Positions 23,871 through 34,650 of a DNA stretch of 34,650 nucleotides are shown here, piece by piece; the first letter of the stretch is position 1; each line of letters begins with the position of its first letter. The position numbers were made by a program, and so were the translations under genes. A model generated the notes under the pieces. That model searched no databases. It worked only from the letters and a program-made list of their open reading frames with translations, and was not told where the DNA came from. Source of the DNA: Octopus bimaculoides (Eukaryota); the NCBI RefSeq assembly GCF_001194135.2, contig NC_068991.1:4875397-4910046 (forward strand). The letters run 5' to 3'.

Positions 23871-25796
23871 CTTTTTTTACTTTTTTTGCTTTTTTTTAAT
23901 TCGACAATTTCCTCTCTTTTTTTAATACCTTATGTATGGCTCTATATCACTTAGTTCTACTACTGGCGACAGTTCATCGAACTCCACCACGAATCGCCAT
24001 TCTACTTTTTTTTTGTACGTATCTAGAACATTTATTTATAAACTGGCCAGTGCATTTATCAACAGCTGTAAAGGATTATTTTATGGGAAGTTTTTTTCTA
24101 CAAGATCGAACCGCCATGTATCGGCAACGCTTTGGCCCTAGACCTTACATACCTTTGTGATTTTTTAAACAGCTTTTCAGTTCTGTTCGATGAAAACTAT
24201 GATTTAGTAGAAGCAAGTTCAAAATCTCTCATTTTAAGAGGAGAGTTTGAGATTTGAGAATATTTGGATTCTATATGTAATCTATCAATTGTTGAATTAG
24301 AGGTTCGTTAGTAAGCTCGAGTTTTACTTCATTAAAATGGTCTTCGATGAGATGATGGTTTTTTTTCTGCGTCCTTCAGTATTTCGGAGCTAACGCGAGA
24401 GGCTTCCTGTTTGTCGTGCTAATAACCAGTCATACACTGGTTTAATTTCTAACATTGAAACACATTTTTGGAAACGTTTATTTTGCGAGCCTATGTTAAT
24501 TTTCCGCGTCTAAAAACCAATACATATTCAGATCTTCAGTGAAATATAGGGATGACTATGGTTATTTTATTCTTTCGTTTCCCAGTTAAGATATTAGCAA
24601 TATATTATTTACTACTTCTTTAAAACAACCATATATCGAGATACACCTCGACAGGTATGACCGTTAAAACTACACTTTCCTCTTGACGGTCAGAGTATTT
24701 GAAATGTGTTGCCAGTACCAGTAAGCTAGCACACATTCATATGTGTTAGAAATGGTTTAACCACCATAGCATCGTTTTCCTCTCCAGGTATTTTTCAATC
24801 TGTTATTATCACCTGTAAATCAACATCATTTCACTTTTTTCTTCTGTAATAGGAGGAAATTCTTACCCATCACTGCATCTTTTTACCACCATACACTCTC
24901 AAATTTTTACAATCTGTTATCTCGGTCCTCCTTATATAATGTATTATATATTTCAAACATCAATTTGTATTTATTTTTTTCATTTCAATTTTCATTTTTA
25001 TTTCATTATATTTTCTTTAATTTTTATATTTGATTTTGTTCAAATAACAACTCCGCCTCCCCCTCTCAATCTCTATCCTCACACATCTCCGACTTCCACT
25101 CATTTTCTCTCTCATTCTTTGTCTTCTTTTTCATATTTATTTACTTTTTCTTTCTACCTTTCTTTTTAATTAATTTACTTTTGCTTCCTTTCCAGCATTT
25201 TTTTATATCTTTATTTTTTACGTTGTATTTCTGTTTTAATTTTTGTTATTATTGTTTTCCTTAATTTTTTTTTCTTTATTTTCTATTTCTCTCTCGCCAT
25301 CTCTTTGAATCGTGCAGACAGATATTAACTCGTATAGTTTAATAAATTCCCAGCAAAATTTTAATTTATATCTTTTATTCTTTACATATTTGTTCTTGAT
25401 ATATTTGTTGTTGTTGTGACTGGTGTTGATATAATAGTACTAATAGTTGTTGTTATTGTTGTTGTTGCTCTTGCTGTAGATGTCTGATACCTCTCTGGTT
25501 CATCGCAGTAAATATATAACAATGTTGTTTTTTTTTTCATTCGTCTACTTCATACTAAAGTTTAAACCAGGTTCGAAATATAAATCATTTATTTACATTT
25601 TTGTTCTCTATTCTGTATTATTTACTTCTTTTTACAATTATCTAATTATATTTTCTCACTGCGTACATCTATATTGTTTTCCTTGTAACAACAAGTGTAT
25701 ATTTGAATGCATGTAAATATATGCATACGTATATATTTGTATATATTTGTGTGTGTGTATATATTTCTATGTAATTATGCATACCTCTATGTTATT

Positions 25797-25829
<33 letters not shown>

Positions 25830-26275
25830 CATATATAATGTATGTATGTATGTATGTATGTATGTATGTGCGTGTATGTGCTTGTGTGTGTTGTGTGGGC
25901 ATCTGCGTATATATGTAAATATAGATACACACTCACATATCAAGAGAGAGAGAGCAGGGGCTGGAGAGAGAAAAGGGTCTACAAGTACATCCTTTCGTTG
26001 TTGTCTTTGTTGGTATTTAGTTTATCTCCAGACCTACCTTGATTGAACAACATCTTATTTCCAAACAAATATTTTGCTTTTTTATACGCGGTGTGGTCAT
26101 TTTCGAAATACCATATTTCTCTCCTGCAAATGGCTTGGCAGTCCATACGATATATATCAAAGCCAACAATACCCAATATCAAAGGCATTCATTCCAACCC
26201 TAATATTTGATTAGGAGGATATTAGGAGTGTGACTAATACAGAGGTGCCCCTAATTTCATTCAGTACTTCGGATG

Positions 26276-26460
26276 TAAGAGGCATCGGCTGAAAAGGACG
26301 GATGCTGAACAAACTATTTTATGGAATGTCACCAAATGGTTTGTTTTTCAATATAATCCCCCATTGTGGTCTACACAATTCTTCCATCCGTTTTGCAGTC
26401 CTTGGATTCCATTGATGAAGAAACTTTCATTCTGTTGGTCAAAAAGTCATCAATTCTGTT
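26276..26460 (-). mobile_element. Mariner relic (second family): transposase C-terminus + 3' terminus
   Basis: The minus strand reads IDDFLTN / ESFFINGIQGLQNGWKNCVDH / GDYIEK with two 1-bp frameshifts (26341-26455). The terminus TA|AGAGGCATCGGCTGAAAAG at 26276-26296 differs from the terminus at 3766. Confidence 0.8.
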
Positions 26461-26464
26461 ATAA

Positions 26465-27300
26465 AGCCAGTCCGAACTTAAACAAATGTTGCAGTGGATC
26501 AGAAATAGCGCGAGACCGGGGTGTAGTTGCCCAAACATTTTCGGTAAAACGGTCAGCCAGACGTCGACCAGATTTTCCGGTGTACATGGAGTAGCAAAAT
26601 GATCATATAAATCATTAAATCAGATTATTGGAGGTGCAAATGACTTCGAAGATGTGATTGTGGGTTTCAGTGAAGACGTTAGAGAGGAAACGGCGGCTAC
26701 GGGTTTTAGGCGAGAAGGGAAGGAGCCACAGTGTGTGACAGGAGTAGGAAAACCGCTACGAGTAAGTAGTTTACGTAGTTTGCGGGTACGTTTGAAGAAA
26801 GGGAGGCCGGGTTGGGGAAGTTGTCAGAGATGGAGGAGTCGGATAGAAGCTGGCAAAAATCACGTAAAATCGTGCGTTGGGGGGAAGTGATAGCAAGCGT
26901 GAAAGAAAAGCAGGTAAGCGTGAATGGGCGCAAGAAGAGAGGGATCAATGCGTGGTGAACGGCTTGGATGCGAGTGTGGGAGAGGGAGAAGTAGTTGTAG
27001 GAGTGAGAAACTCTAGGTTTGTAATGGATGGAGTTGTTAAGAGAGAAATGGTTGATTGCAATGGAAATGTCGAAGAATTTAAAGTATGTTATGGAGGCAA
27101 ATAAGAATTCAAGTTTGTGGGGAAGGATTGGATAAAAGAGGTGGAATGAAGTTGTTTTCTGGAGAAGGACGACGTTCCGATACAGTCGTCGGAGCATTGA
27201 GCGTATAGCTCAGGTGTTGAACCGATAAACTGTGGTCTCAGTATAGCTAACGAACAGATTGGGGTACATGGGTATAATTTTCCTTCCTATGGATGTTTCT
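26465..27300 (-). mobile_element. Penelope-like retroelement relic (RT C-terminal half + GIY-YIG endonuclease), probably Neptune-type
   Basis: In order on the minus strand: IGRKIIPMYPNLFVSYTE (like MGxxMGPSYANLFVGYVE); TPELYAQCSDDCIG (like YIDDCIG; DD at 27185-27190); FFDISI...SIHYKPRVSHSY; PQRTILRDF...; CTSNNLI**FI*SFCYSMYTGKSGRRLADRFTE (like CTSSNLIYCISC..YIGETGRRLADRFxEH; 26546-26584). Many stops and frameshifts plus an internal deletion. Confidence 0.88.
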
Positions 27301-27719
27301 TATATTGTTATGTGTTTATGCTTGCATATATACATGTGCATCGATTTCATGCAAAGTTTAACAGGAACTCAGTGCGAAAATCAGCATCAGATGCATTGAA
27401 TTCTTAAATCGTCAGGTGTCTCAGTCAGAATGAGCTTGAACACTTTTCTTCGTGGGAGAATAGGCTTTCTTACAATACAGCTACGATGTATCGTTAGTTT
27501 GGAGAGAAGCTGGACGCAATTTCAAAGGTGAATGCTAAAGTCCAAGAAACATAAACAGAAATACGCTAAATAATAACTAAAAAAAAAAAACAGGAACAAG
27601 AAGAATGAGAAGGTGAGCATGTAAAGGAGTATTGACGGATATGCGTGATGTGAGGAAAAGATTTTGTGAAAGAGAGAGGGAGGGAGAGAGTAAGAGAGGA
27701 CCTAGGTAAAATACTTATG

Positions 27720-27914
27720 TTCTACTCTAGGCACAAGGCCCGAAATTTTGGGGGAGGGGTCCAGTCGATTAGATCAACCCCAGTACGCAACTAGTACTTA
27801 ATTTATCGACCCCGAAGTGACGAAAGGCAAAGTCTTCCTCGGCAGAATTTCAAATCAGAACGTAACGGCAGACGAAATACCGCTAAGCATTTCGCCCGGC
27901 GTTCTAACGTTTCT
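27720..27914 (-). mobile_element. Family A SINE, headless downstream unit of a dimer, tail type 1
   Basis: On the minus strand it begins AGAAACGTTAG (27914-27904) and ends ggccttgtgcctagagtaga. Confidence 0.92.
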
Positions 27915-28146
27915 TATTTCTTTATTGCCCACAAGGGGGCTAAACATATAGGGGACAAACAAGGACATGTAATGGGGTTAAGTCGATTATATCGACCCCA
28001 GTGCGTAACTGGTACTTAATTTATCGACCCTGAAAGGATGGAATGTAAAGTCGACCTCGGCGGAATTTGAACTGAGAACGTAACGGCAGACGAAATACCG
28101 CTAAGCAATTCGCTCGGCACGCTAACGATTCTACCAGCTCGCCGCC
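27910..28146 (-). mobile_element. Family A SINE, full length, tail type 2 (upstream unit of the dimer)
   Basis: Head ggcggcgagctggtagaatcgttagc, B-box cagttcaaattcc, core, then a different tail: tgtccttgtttgtcccctatatgtttagcccccttgtgggcaataaagaaataagaa. Confidence 0.93.
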
Positions 28147-29044
28147 ATCTTACAGAAAATAATTGAGATAGAAAATAGGAATGAGTGCAAGAGACACGCG
28201 GAAAGGTTACAAAACAGGCAGAAAGGCAAAGTGAAGTAAGATAAGATGAACGACGAATGATATAATGATTGAAATAATGGCAGAAAATAAAATACGATTG
28301 AAATTCAGAAAGTATGTTTAGAGAGTAGGTGATTGGACAAAAAGAAAGGAAGGGAAAATAGTTAGTGGTAAGACGCGAGCTAGAAGGAGAGACGAATAAA
28401 CAATGGATATTGAAAGCGAAGAGGTGTGAATTGCATAAAAGAATGTTAGAGAAGGGAATGTTGAGGAAATTAAATATTATGAAGGGCGAGTATCTAAGCC
28501 GGAACAGAATGATGTGGAGCAAACGAGCAGAGCAGATTCAGGTTTGAAGGAAAAGGTGTTAAGACGGAATAAATGTAACTAGTTGACTATTTATTTATTA
28601 AGAAAAATACAATGTTTACAGAACACTTCTCTGGAAAATGTGTGAGAGGTGTATAAATTATCAAATATAAAAAAAATTTACATTTATTTAAATGATAAGG
28701 AATTCAAATAGTATTGTTAAGAATAATTAAAATAATGATTATTCAATTTAATATTCATAATATGAAAATAAATTTCCAATAAAAAGTGTTTGAGTTTGTG
28801 GGAAACTAAGATATATGGGAGAAGACAAGGAAAGTAAAAGAAAGAGCGAGGGAGACCAACGAGAGAGTAAGCAGACTCGGTTAAAGATTAGAAATCTGCT
28901 GTAGGTAGTGAGGGTGAGTAAGACAGACGATCAGTGGCTGAGAGTATGTCAGCAAAGAACTGAAATACAAGGGAAGAACATAACAGAAATGCTTGTTATT
29001 TGGCACACACAAACATATATACATTTGTATGCATATATACATGC

Positions 29045-29076
<32 letters not shown>

Positions 29077-29079
29077 TAT

Positions 29080-29633
29080 NNNNNNNNNNNNNNNNNNNNN
29101 NNNNNNNNNNNNNNNNNNNNNNNNNNNNNNNNNNNNNNNNNNNNNNNNNNNNNNNNNNNNNNNNNNNNNNNNNNNNNNNNNNNNNNNNNNNNNNNNNNNN
29201 NNNNNNNNNNNNNNNNNNNNNNNNNNNNNNNNNNNNNNNNNNNNNNNNNNNNNNNNNNNNNNNNNNNNNNNNNNNNNNNNNNNNNNNNNNNNNNNNNNNN
29301 NNNNNNNNNNNNNNNNNNNNNNNNNNNNNNNNNNNNNNNNNNNNNNNNNNNNNNNNNNNNNNNNNNNNNNNNNNNNNNNNNNNNNNNNNNNNNNNNNNNN
29401 NNNNNNNNNNNNNNNNNNNNNNNNNNNNNNNNNNNNNNNNNNNNNNNNNNNNNNNNNNNNNNNNNNNNNNNNNNNNNNNNNNNNNNNNNNNNNNNNNNNN
29501 NNNNNNNNNNNNNNNNNNNNNNNNNNNNNNNNNNNNNNNNNNNNNNNNNNNNNNNNNNNNNNNNNNNNNNNNNNNNNNNNNNNNNNNNNNNNNNNNNNNN
29601 NNNNNNNNNNNNNNNNNNNNNNNNNNNNNNNNN
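29080..29633. other. Assembly gap (N run)
   Basis: Run of n flanked by (TA)n. Confidence 1.
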
Positions 29634-29914
29634 TATATAAACATGTACACATGCATATATATGCATGTGTGTCTGTGTGCAATGCAGCGTTTTAAAATGA
29701 TTAAAATCACATAAGGTTAATAATTAAAATAAAGTTATTCAACTGACACAAGATTTTAATATGTTTAAAACCTATTTTAAAGGTAGGTCTAGTTAGATTC
29801 ATGGAAATGCGACAGAGAGGGAAAAAATGTTCAGCGGTGAAGAACGATGCCAGAGAAGAATATTCACAAAGTGGAGAAATACAGAGGCAGAAATTTCTGC
29901 CTTGTGGGTTTCAA

Positions 29915-30108
29915 ATTTTGCCACAATGCCAAGAATTTCGATGAGGGGCGTATTCGATTACATCGACCCCAGGACTTATTCTATCGAACCAAAGAGGTTA
30001 AAAGACAAAGTCGACTTCGGAGTAATATGTTGCCAGAGCCTAAATGTAGATGAAATTCCGCTAAGCATTTTACTGATTGTGCTAAAGGTTGTGCGAACAG
30101 GCCACCTT
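29915..30108 (-). mobile_element. Family A SINE, old diverged copy
   Basis: tcgattacatcgaccccag...aaagacaaagtcgacttcgg...gaaattccgctaagcatttt matches the minus-strand copies at 27720-28146. Confidence 0.7.
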
Positions 30109-30463
30109 CTGTTTTGCCATTATTGATATTAGCAGATGGGTCAATGATCTAAATATATGCAAGAGGAATAACAAGTATAGCATTTCTGTAGAGACATCAG
30201 ATAAATGTTGCTATTGATAGAAGCCTCCTGTTTCCCAGGTGTTATCCACCACTGAAGATTTAAATATGAATGTCTCACCTGTAAACCATCATTATTTAAT
30301 AAGCAGTAAACCATCCTAAACATATGATACAAGAGTCTGTGTTTGTTCCCCACTACCTATCCGAAAACGGGACTGACAGGCAAAATTTCACAGTCTGCAG
30401 AAAATAAAAATAAAATAGTTTTACATACAAAAATGAATGCATTTGAAAAAAATAGATTACGTC

Positions 30464-30612
30464 GGCGCTGGAGTGGCTGAGTGATAAGAAGCCTGCTTCC
30501 CAACTACATGGTTCCGGGTTTAGTTCCACTTCGTGGCACCTTCGGCAAGGTTCATCTACCATAACCTCGGGCAGACCAAAGCCCTGTGATTGGATTTGGT
30601 TGACGGAAACTG
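30464..30612 (+). mobile_element. Family B (CORE-type) SINE head
   Basis: ggcgctggagtggctgagtgataagaagcctgcttcccaac...gtggcaccttcggcaagg...gattggatttggttgacggaaactg aligns to 15459-15622. Confidence 0.85.
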
Positions 30613-30639
30613 CTATTATTATTATTAAAATAATAATAA

Positions 30640-30792
30640 TAGCAATAACGTCAAAAACTACCTTAGGAATGAGAACCCAGGTTCGAAATTTCCCCAAGAC
30701 ACCTGATGAAGGCTGGAGGGAATATCAGCCGAAACGTTGTGCTAACAACAAACAAGATGAGGACAAATATCCGTCGACTGTAAATAATAATA
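30640..30792 (+). mobile_element. Solo Penelope-type terminal repeat (pLTR) fragment
   Basis: A non-SINE block of about 150 bp between (ATT)/(AAT) repeats that contains a minimal hammerhead motif of the type established for Penelope-like element pLTRs. Confidence 0.6.
30697..30745 (+). ncRNA. Minimal (type I) hammerhead ribozyme motif
   Basis: CUGAUGA 30703-30709, extra A, stem II GGCUG/CAGCC (30711-30715 with 30726-30730), GAAA 30731-30734, palindromic ACGU stem III, GUU cleavage triplet ending at 30738, stem I CAC/GUG (30700-30702 with 30739-30741). Confidence 0.8.
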
Positions 30793-33644
30793 CAGTCCGA
30801 ATATGTCTGATGCACGTTCGAACTGGGGAACAAGTTACTCACTGCGTTTTGTCACGGAGAATATATCTTGCTTGTTGACACACCATTTGTTAAAAGAAAG
30901 ATATATTTTCCGTCTCCAGTTCGAACGTGCATCAATCATATTCGCACTGATAATGACATTAAAGTTTCACTTATCACTGCTTAAGCGCTCCCACCTCCGT
31001 AATTTATTTGTATTTTTGCCATCTCCATTCTGCCAGTCATGACTCACTTTTCACTACTCACTTAGGCTTACAAACGCTCTCCCGAGACAACCCTTTTATC
31101 GGCTACATCCAGTATTTCGCCAGGACCTCCACAATTGGGATTTCTTTCTCTACGCAAAGCTGTTATTTGCACCAGGAGAAATGCTCACAGGTGAGTTTCA
31201 TGGTCTCAGAAGTTATGGGAAGTCCATGTAAATAATTCCTTTCTTCAAATCCAGTCTAAATAAATTAAATGATATAATTAATTATTTATTACTTTAAACT
31301 TTAGTGAAAAGCAGTGCCAGTACTGCTCTGACAGTCACCGAAACTAATTAAGATCTCCTTAAGTTGTAAGCTCTATTCTCGCTTAGATAGACTTAGAGGA
31401 AGCAGGAAAATTAGTTTTGAGTTAATTGACTATAAACTTCTCTAAAAATATAGTGTCTTGTTGAAATGTAAAAAGATCAATATTCTTCACAGATACAAAG
31501 TTATCATTTATTTAGCGTTTAGGAAATTGATTCTAATAATTTCACTAAACTAGAAATTACAGCAGTTTTTTTGTTCATTTTTATAGTTTTATCAAAATCA
31601 GATAGTCTTCGTCTTGCTATTTGATGCTTATGATGAAAAGAACATCAAGATTCCGAAGTCTCGAAGTACCAAGATTAATCTATTCCAGTGAAAACAAACG
31701 CTCCACCAGATCCATTTCAAAGCATTCCGTAAATGCACTGGAGGTATAATGACAATTGTAGCCCAAACTAAATCTGACATGAAATCTAAACCTTTTGAAT
31801 TTAAATGGAAAGTCAGATTTAAAGATATTTTCCGAATGAACGCTTAACTCCATCAAATGGTCCTAATATGACTGTCGCCTCCAGAATGAGGAGCTTCTGA
31901 CGTCGATGGTCGTGGTGATTTTGGTTATACTTCAAGATATATGATAAAATCATACATGAATCGGCTTGGTCGATGCTCACATCAAAATAGATTCTTTGTG
32001 CTGAAGGTTCCCTGCCAGTTCAAGAGATTTAAGCAACTATGTTGAATACTACACGGCCTGACGCAGTGCAGTGACTAGATCTACTGTTTTGAATCATCTT
32101 TCCTGTCCAAGTTATTCGACCTAAAAGTTTTACTGTTGATTTTCTAACACAGCATGTCCGATTTCGCACGTTCCGTTATTTTCCTATTTGAACCATTTTC
32201 TCAAAGGGTAACCAGATTTTGATATTGGGTAATATCACCAAAGACATAATAATTATTATGCCCTCGTATGTTAATGGTAATGCTCCGTCAGTTCTCGCCC
32301 TAACACCATTATTATTGTTGTTAGCACAAAAGCATAAAACAATGGAAATACATTATTTTATCCGCTATATACAACCATTTCATTTCGACAAGCAAGACGT
32401 TTGGAATTGCAATCTGAAATTACAGAGATCATCATTTGAGAAATGAAGTGATTGCCGTTTCGGGAATTTCCTTTTGTTAGATGGCACATTATTTAACCAA
32501 TGACTTTACCAGCGAAAATTGTATAGACTGTACAGCAATACCCTATTGAATTACTGGTAAAATGTAATCAAATGTTTGCTACATCGCGAATAGGAACTGA
32601 CATTCATAAATTGCATTTTTGTATCTATATCGGACTTCATCTCAGCTTCATACGTTTATCTTTTCTAATTTGTTTTTCATACAAACTTTCACGATCTTCG
32701 CTGGATAATTTATTTTCATCTATATGAATTTAGAGCGCACTACGTGGCACAGTTTTCTCTATAATTTCCTTTATGGCTTTATTTTTGTTAAGAACCTCTT
32801 ATAAATGATTAGATTGAAGTGATTTTAAATTCTATATTCTAAATTTCGTCACAGACATATTTTAGCATTCTTCTTTCTCTCATATTGGTTACGTTGCCAA
32901 TACAGAATATATTTTCTCAATCCAATACCGAAAATCTTCATGCTGCTTCTAGTGTTTTGCATAATCTAACTAAATTATCTTTCGTATTTCTTTTGTTTCG
33001 TTGTTCTTCAGATAGTTTTAGATATCGCGAATTAATTGTAATTCTGCCTTTGATCTCCTTCTTTAATTCCATTCCACTTCACTGTATTATATTATACGAT
33101 TCTTTTATGTTCTCATTCACCTACACATGCGGTTACTTATTTTTGAAATTATATTTTTGTACAATAATGTATTTAGCTCCTTTTAGACTTACCCTATTTG
33201 TTTAATAATTTCCTTAAGGAATAACTTGTGTGCCACAAACTAATATATTTAGTTGCAACCAATGTTCTACTGAATACGACAAGTGTGAACTCTGTTCTAC
33301 AAAAATCAGAAAGATCGTTTCCAAAACGTTAATTGTAGAACCGTGCGCATGGTATATTATTCGACCCCTTACCGTTTTATTCCCATTGTAAACTACACGA
33401 GTATTATCAACATAATTGTGTATGTTTTACTCATTCAAAACATCTAGGTTTGTAGAAACCACTAGATTCTTGCGACTGAAAGTCAGCTTGAACTCGAATA
33501 TTTTCCATCCTCTGTGCATTGACATCAGAGAAAAAAGTGAATATAAACCACTAGTTCTGCTACCCGAGGTTCAATCGAAATAATAAAATTTTCAGTACAG
33601 GCTGTATTGAGTAAAGAATTTTCTTCTAATAAACCACTTAATGA

Positions 33645-33800
33645 TATTCTTTTCTACTCTAGGCACAAGGCCCGAAATTTGGGGGGAGGGGCCAGTCAAT
33701 TAGATCGACCCGTTGCGCAATTGATACTCAATCTATCGACTTCGAAATGATTAAAGGCAAAGACGACCTCGGCGGAATTTGACCTCTGAACGTAACTCGG
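33645..33800 (-). mobile_element. Family A SINE, 5'-truncated, tail type 1
   Basis: attcttttctactctaggcacaaggcccgaaatttggggggagggg...aaaggcaaagacgacctcggcggaatttga matches 27720-27860. Confidence 0.88.
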
Positions 33801-34650
33801 CGTGAAACCCGTTAATGATATTAATAAGTTGCCTCAACAAAATTGATTTCGCAAGTTTATTATGCATAGCCCTTCATTGATCTGCCGAATATATTTATAT
33901 TCCAGTTGGAGTATATTTTATTAATTTACTCATAATTAACACTCAATGTTCATTAGAAATTTGATTGTCCGGTGGTCAACGTTTGTAAAGTGTTTCTTTG
34001 TCAGCTGACAGAAAGTTGAGATTTAAGCAGGATTGGAGACAAGTCGAATAATTTTGCTTCATTTCTCACAATGTCTCGTCCTTTTATGTTATTGTCACTT
34101 GGCTTGATAGGGATGTATAGAAAGCGACATAAATAAATTCCAAAAGCAAGTCAATTATAGGTACCTTATGAAATGAAACTTAACTGTGATACTAAAAAAT
34201 GTATGTTAGGCATTTAATTTTCAAGCCGTTAAAAATTATGAGGAACGAATAGCGATTATTCCTTCGACAGCGAAGTCGATTTAATTCCCAAACGGTTTTC
34301 ACAAATGATTAAATAATTTTATAAGTTCTTATAAATCTTCCCTAGAGATGTCAATTAGAAGACGCTTAGTTTATTAAAATCGCTGAAGTCTAAGATATTA
34401 TCTTTTACATTCAAGATAATTTGTAGGATTGTAATTTATTTGGAAAATGTAGTTGCTTTTCTTCCATTATGTTCGGTTTCGTCTCCTAACGACAATATAT
34501 TTCCAAAAACATTAGTCAATTATGTTTTTGTAATAATTTCTGTAGTTAAGTGGTTGAAATTAACATTTCAACTTTCGTAGATTTGAGCTTTGCTTATGGA
34601 ATGCGATACCGACACAGCAATATACACGCCCACATGTGTATATATATATA

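Noticed and set aside
24090-24180. Faint Tc1/mariner WP..PDL.PCDFF-like motif
   Set aside because: It needs several frameshifts to read, and the evidence is too weak to call.
26032-26140. Possible 86-nt minus-strand exon (TTTGCAG acceptor, AAG|GTAGGT donor at 26037) inside the 25979-26188 ORF, which also has a faint DRY-like FDIYRMDC
   Set aside because: Weak polypyrimidine tract, no recognisable protein, and no partner exons identified. RNA-seq would be needed.
1693-29714. Long ORFs in the supplied track rich in YI/YIY, SL, HT, CV or X
   Set aside because: They are translations of (TA)n, (CT)n, (CA)n and (GATA)n microsatellites or N-gaps, not proteins.
31620-32200. Possible decayed DNA-transposon coding sequence (KSKP-like motif)
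   Set aside because: No convincing motif series could be reconstructed by eye.

Overview
AT-rich animal non-coding DNA (intergenic or intronic) with very dense microsatellites and five N-gaps. I found no intact protein-coding gene; nearly all listed ORFs are microsatellite, gap or low-complexity artefacts. The SINE families and repeat landscape resemble octopus (coleoid cephalopod) genomic DNA; this is inferred from recalled repeat families and not verified. The window holds about 12 copies or units of a tRNA-head SINE with a Meta/MESC-like central domain, several CORE-type SINE pieces, two mariner transposase 3' ends, a decayed Penelope-like element (RT plus GIY-YIG), an RTE-like LINE 3' end, two unclassified LINE-like 3' ends and a decayed 5S rRNA copy. 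The three most interesting signals are: (1) a minimal hammerhead ribozyme in a solo Penelope-type terminal repeat (30700-30741); (2) head-to-tail SINE multimers whose four junctions fall at the same nucleotide of the SINE head through a shared AGAA(T/A) overlap; (3) a modular SINE core carrying three alternative 3' tails, two of which also end non-SINE, LINE-like relics in this window. All alignments were done by eye and boundaries are approximate.
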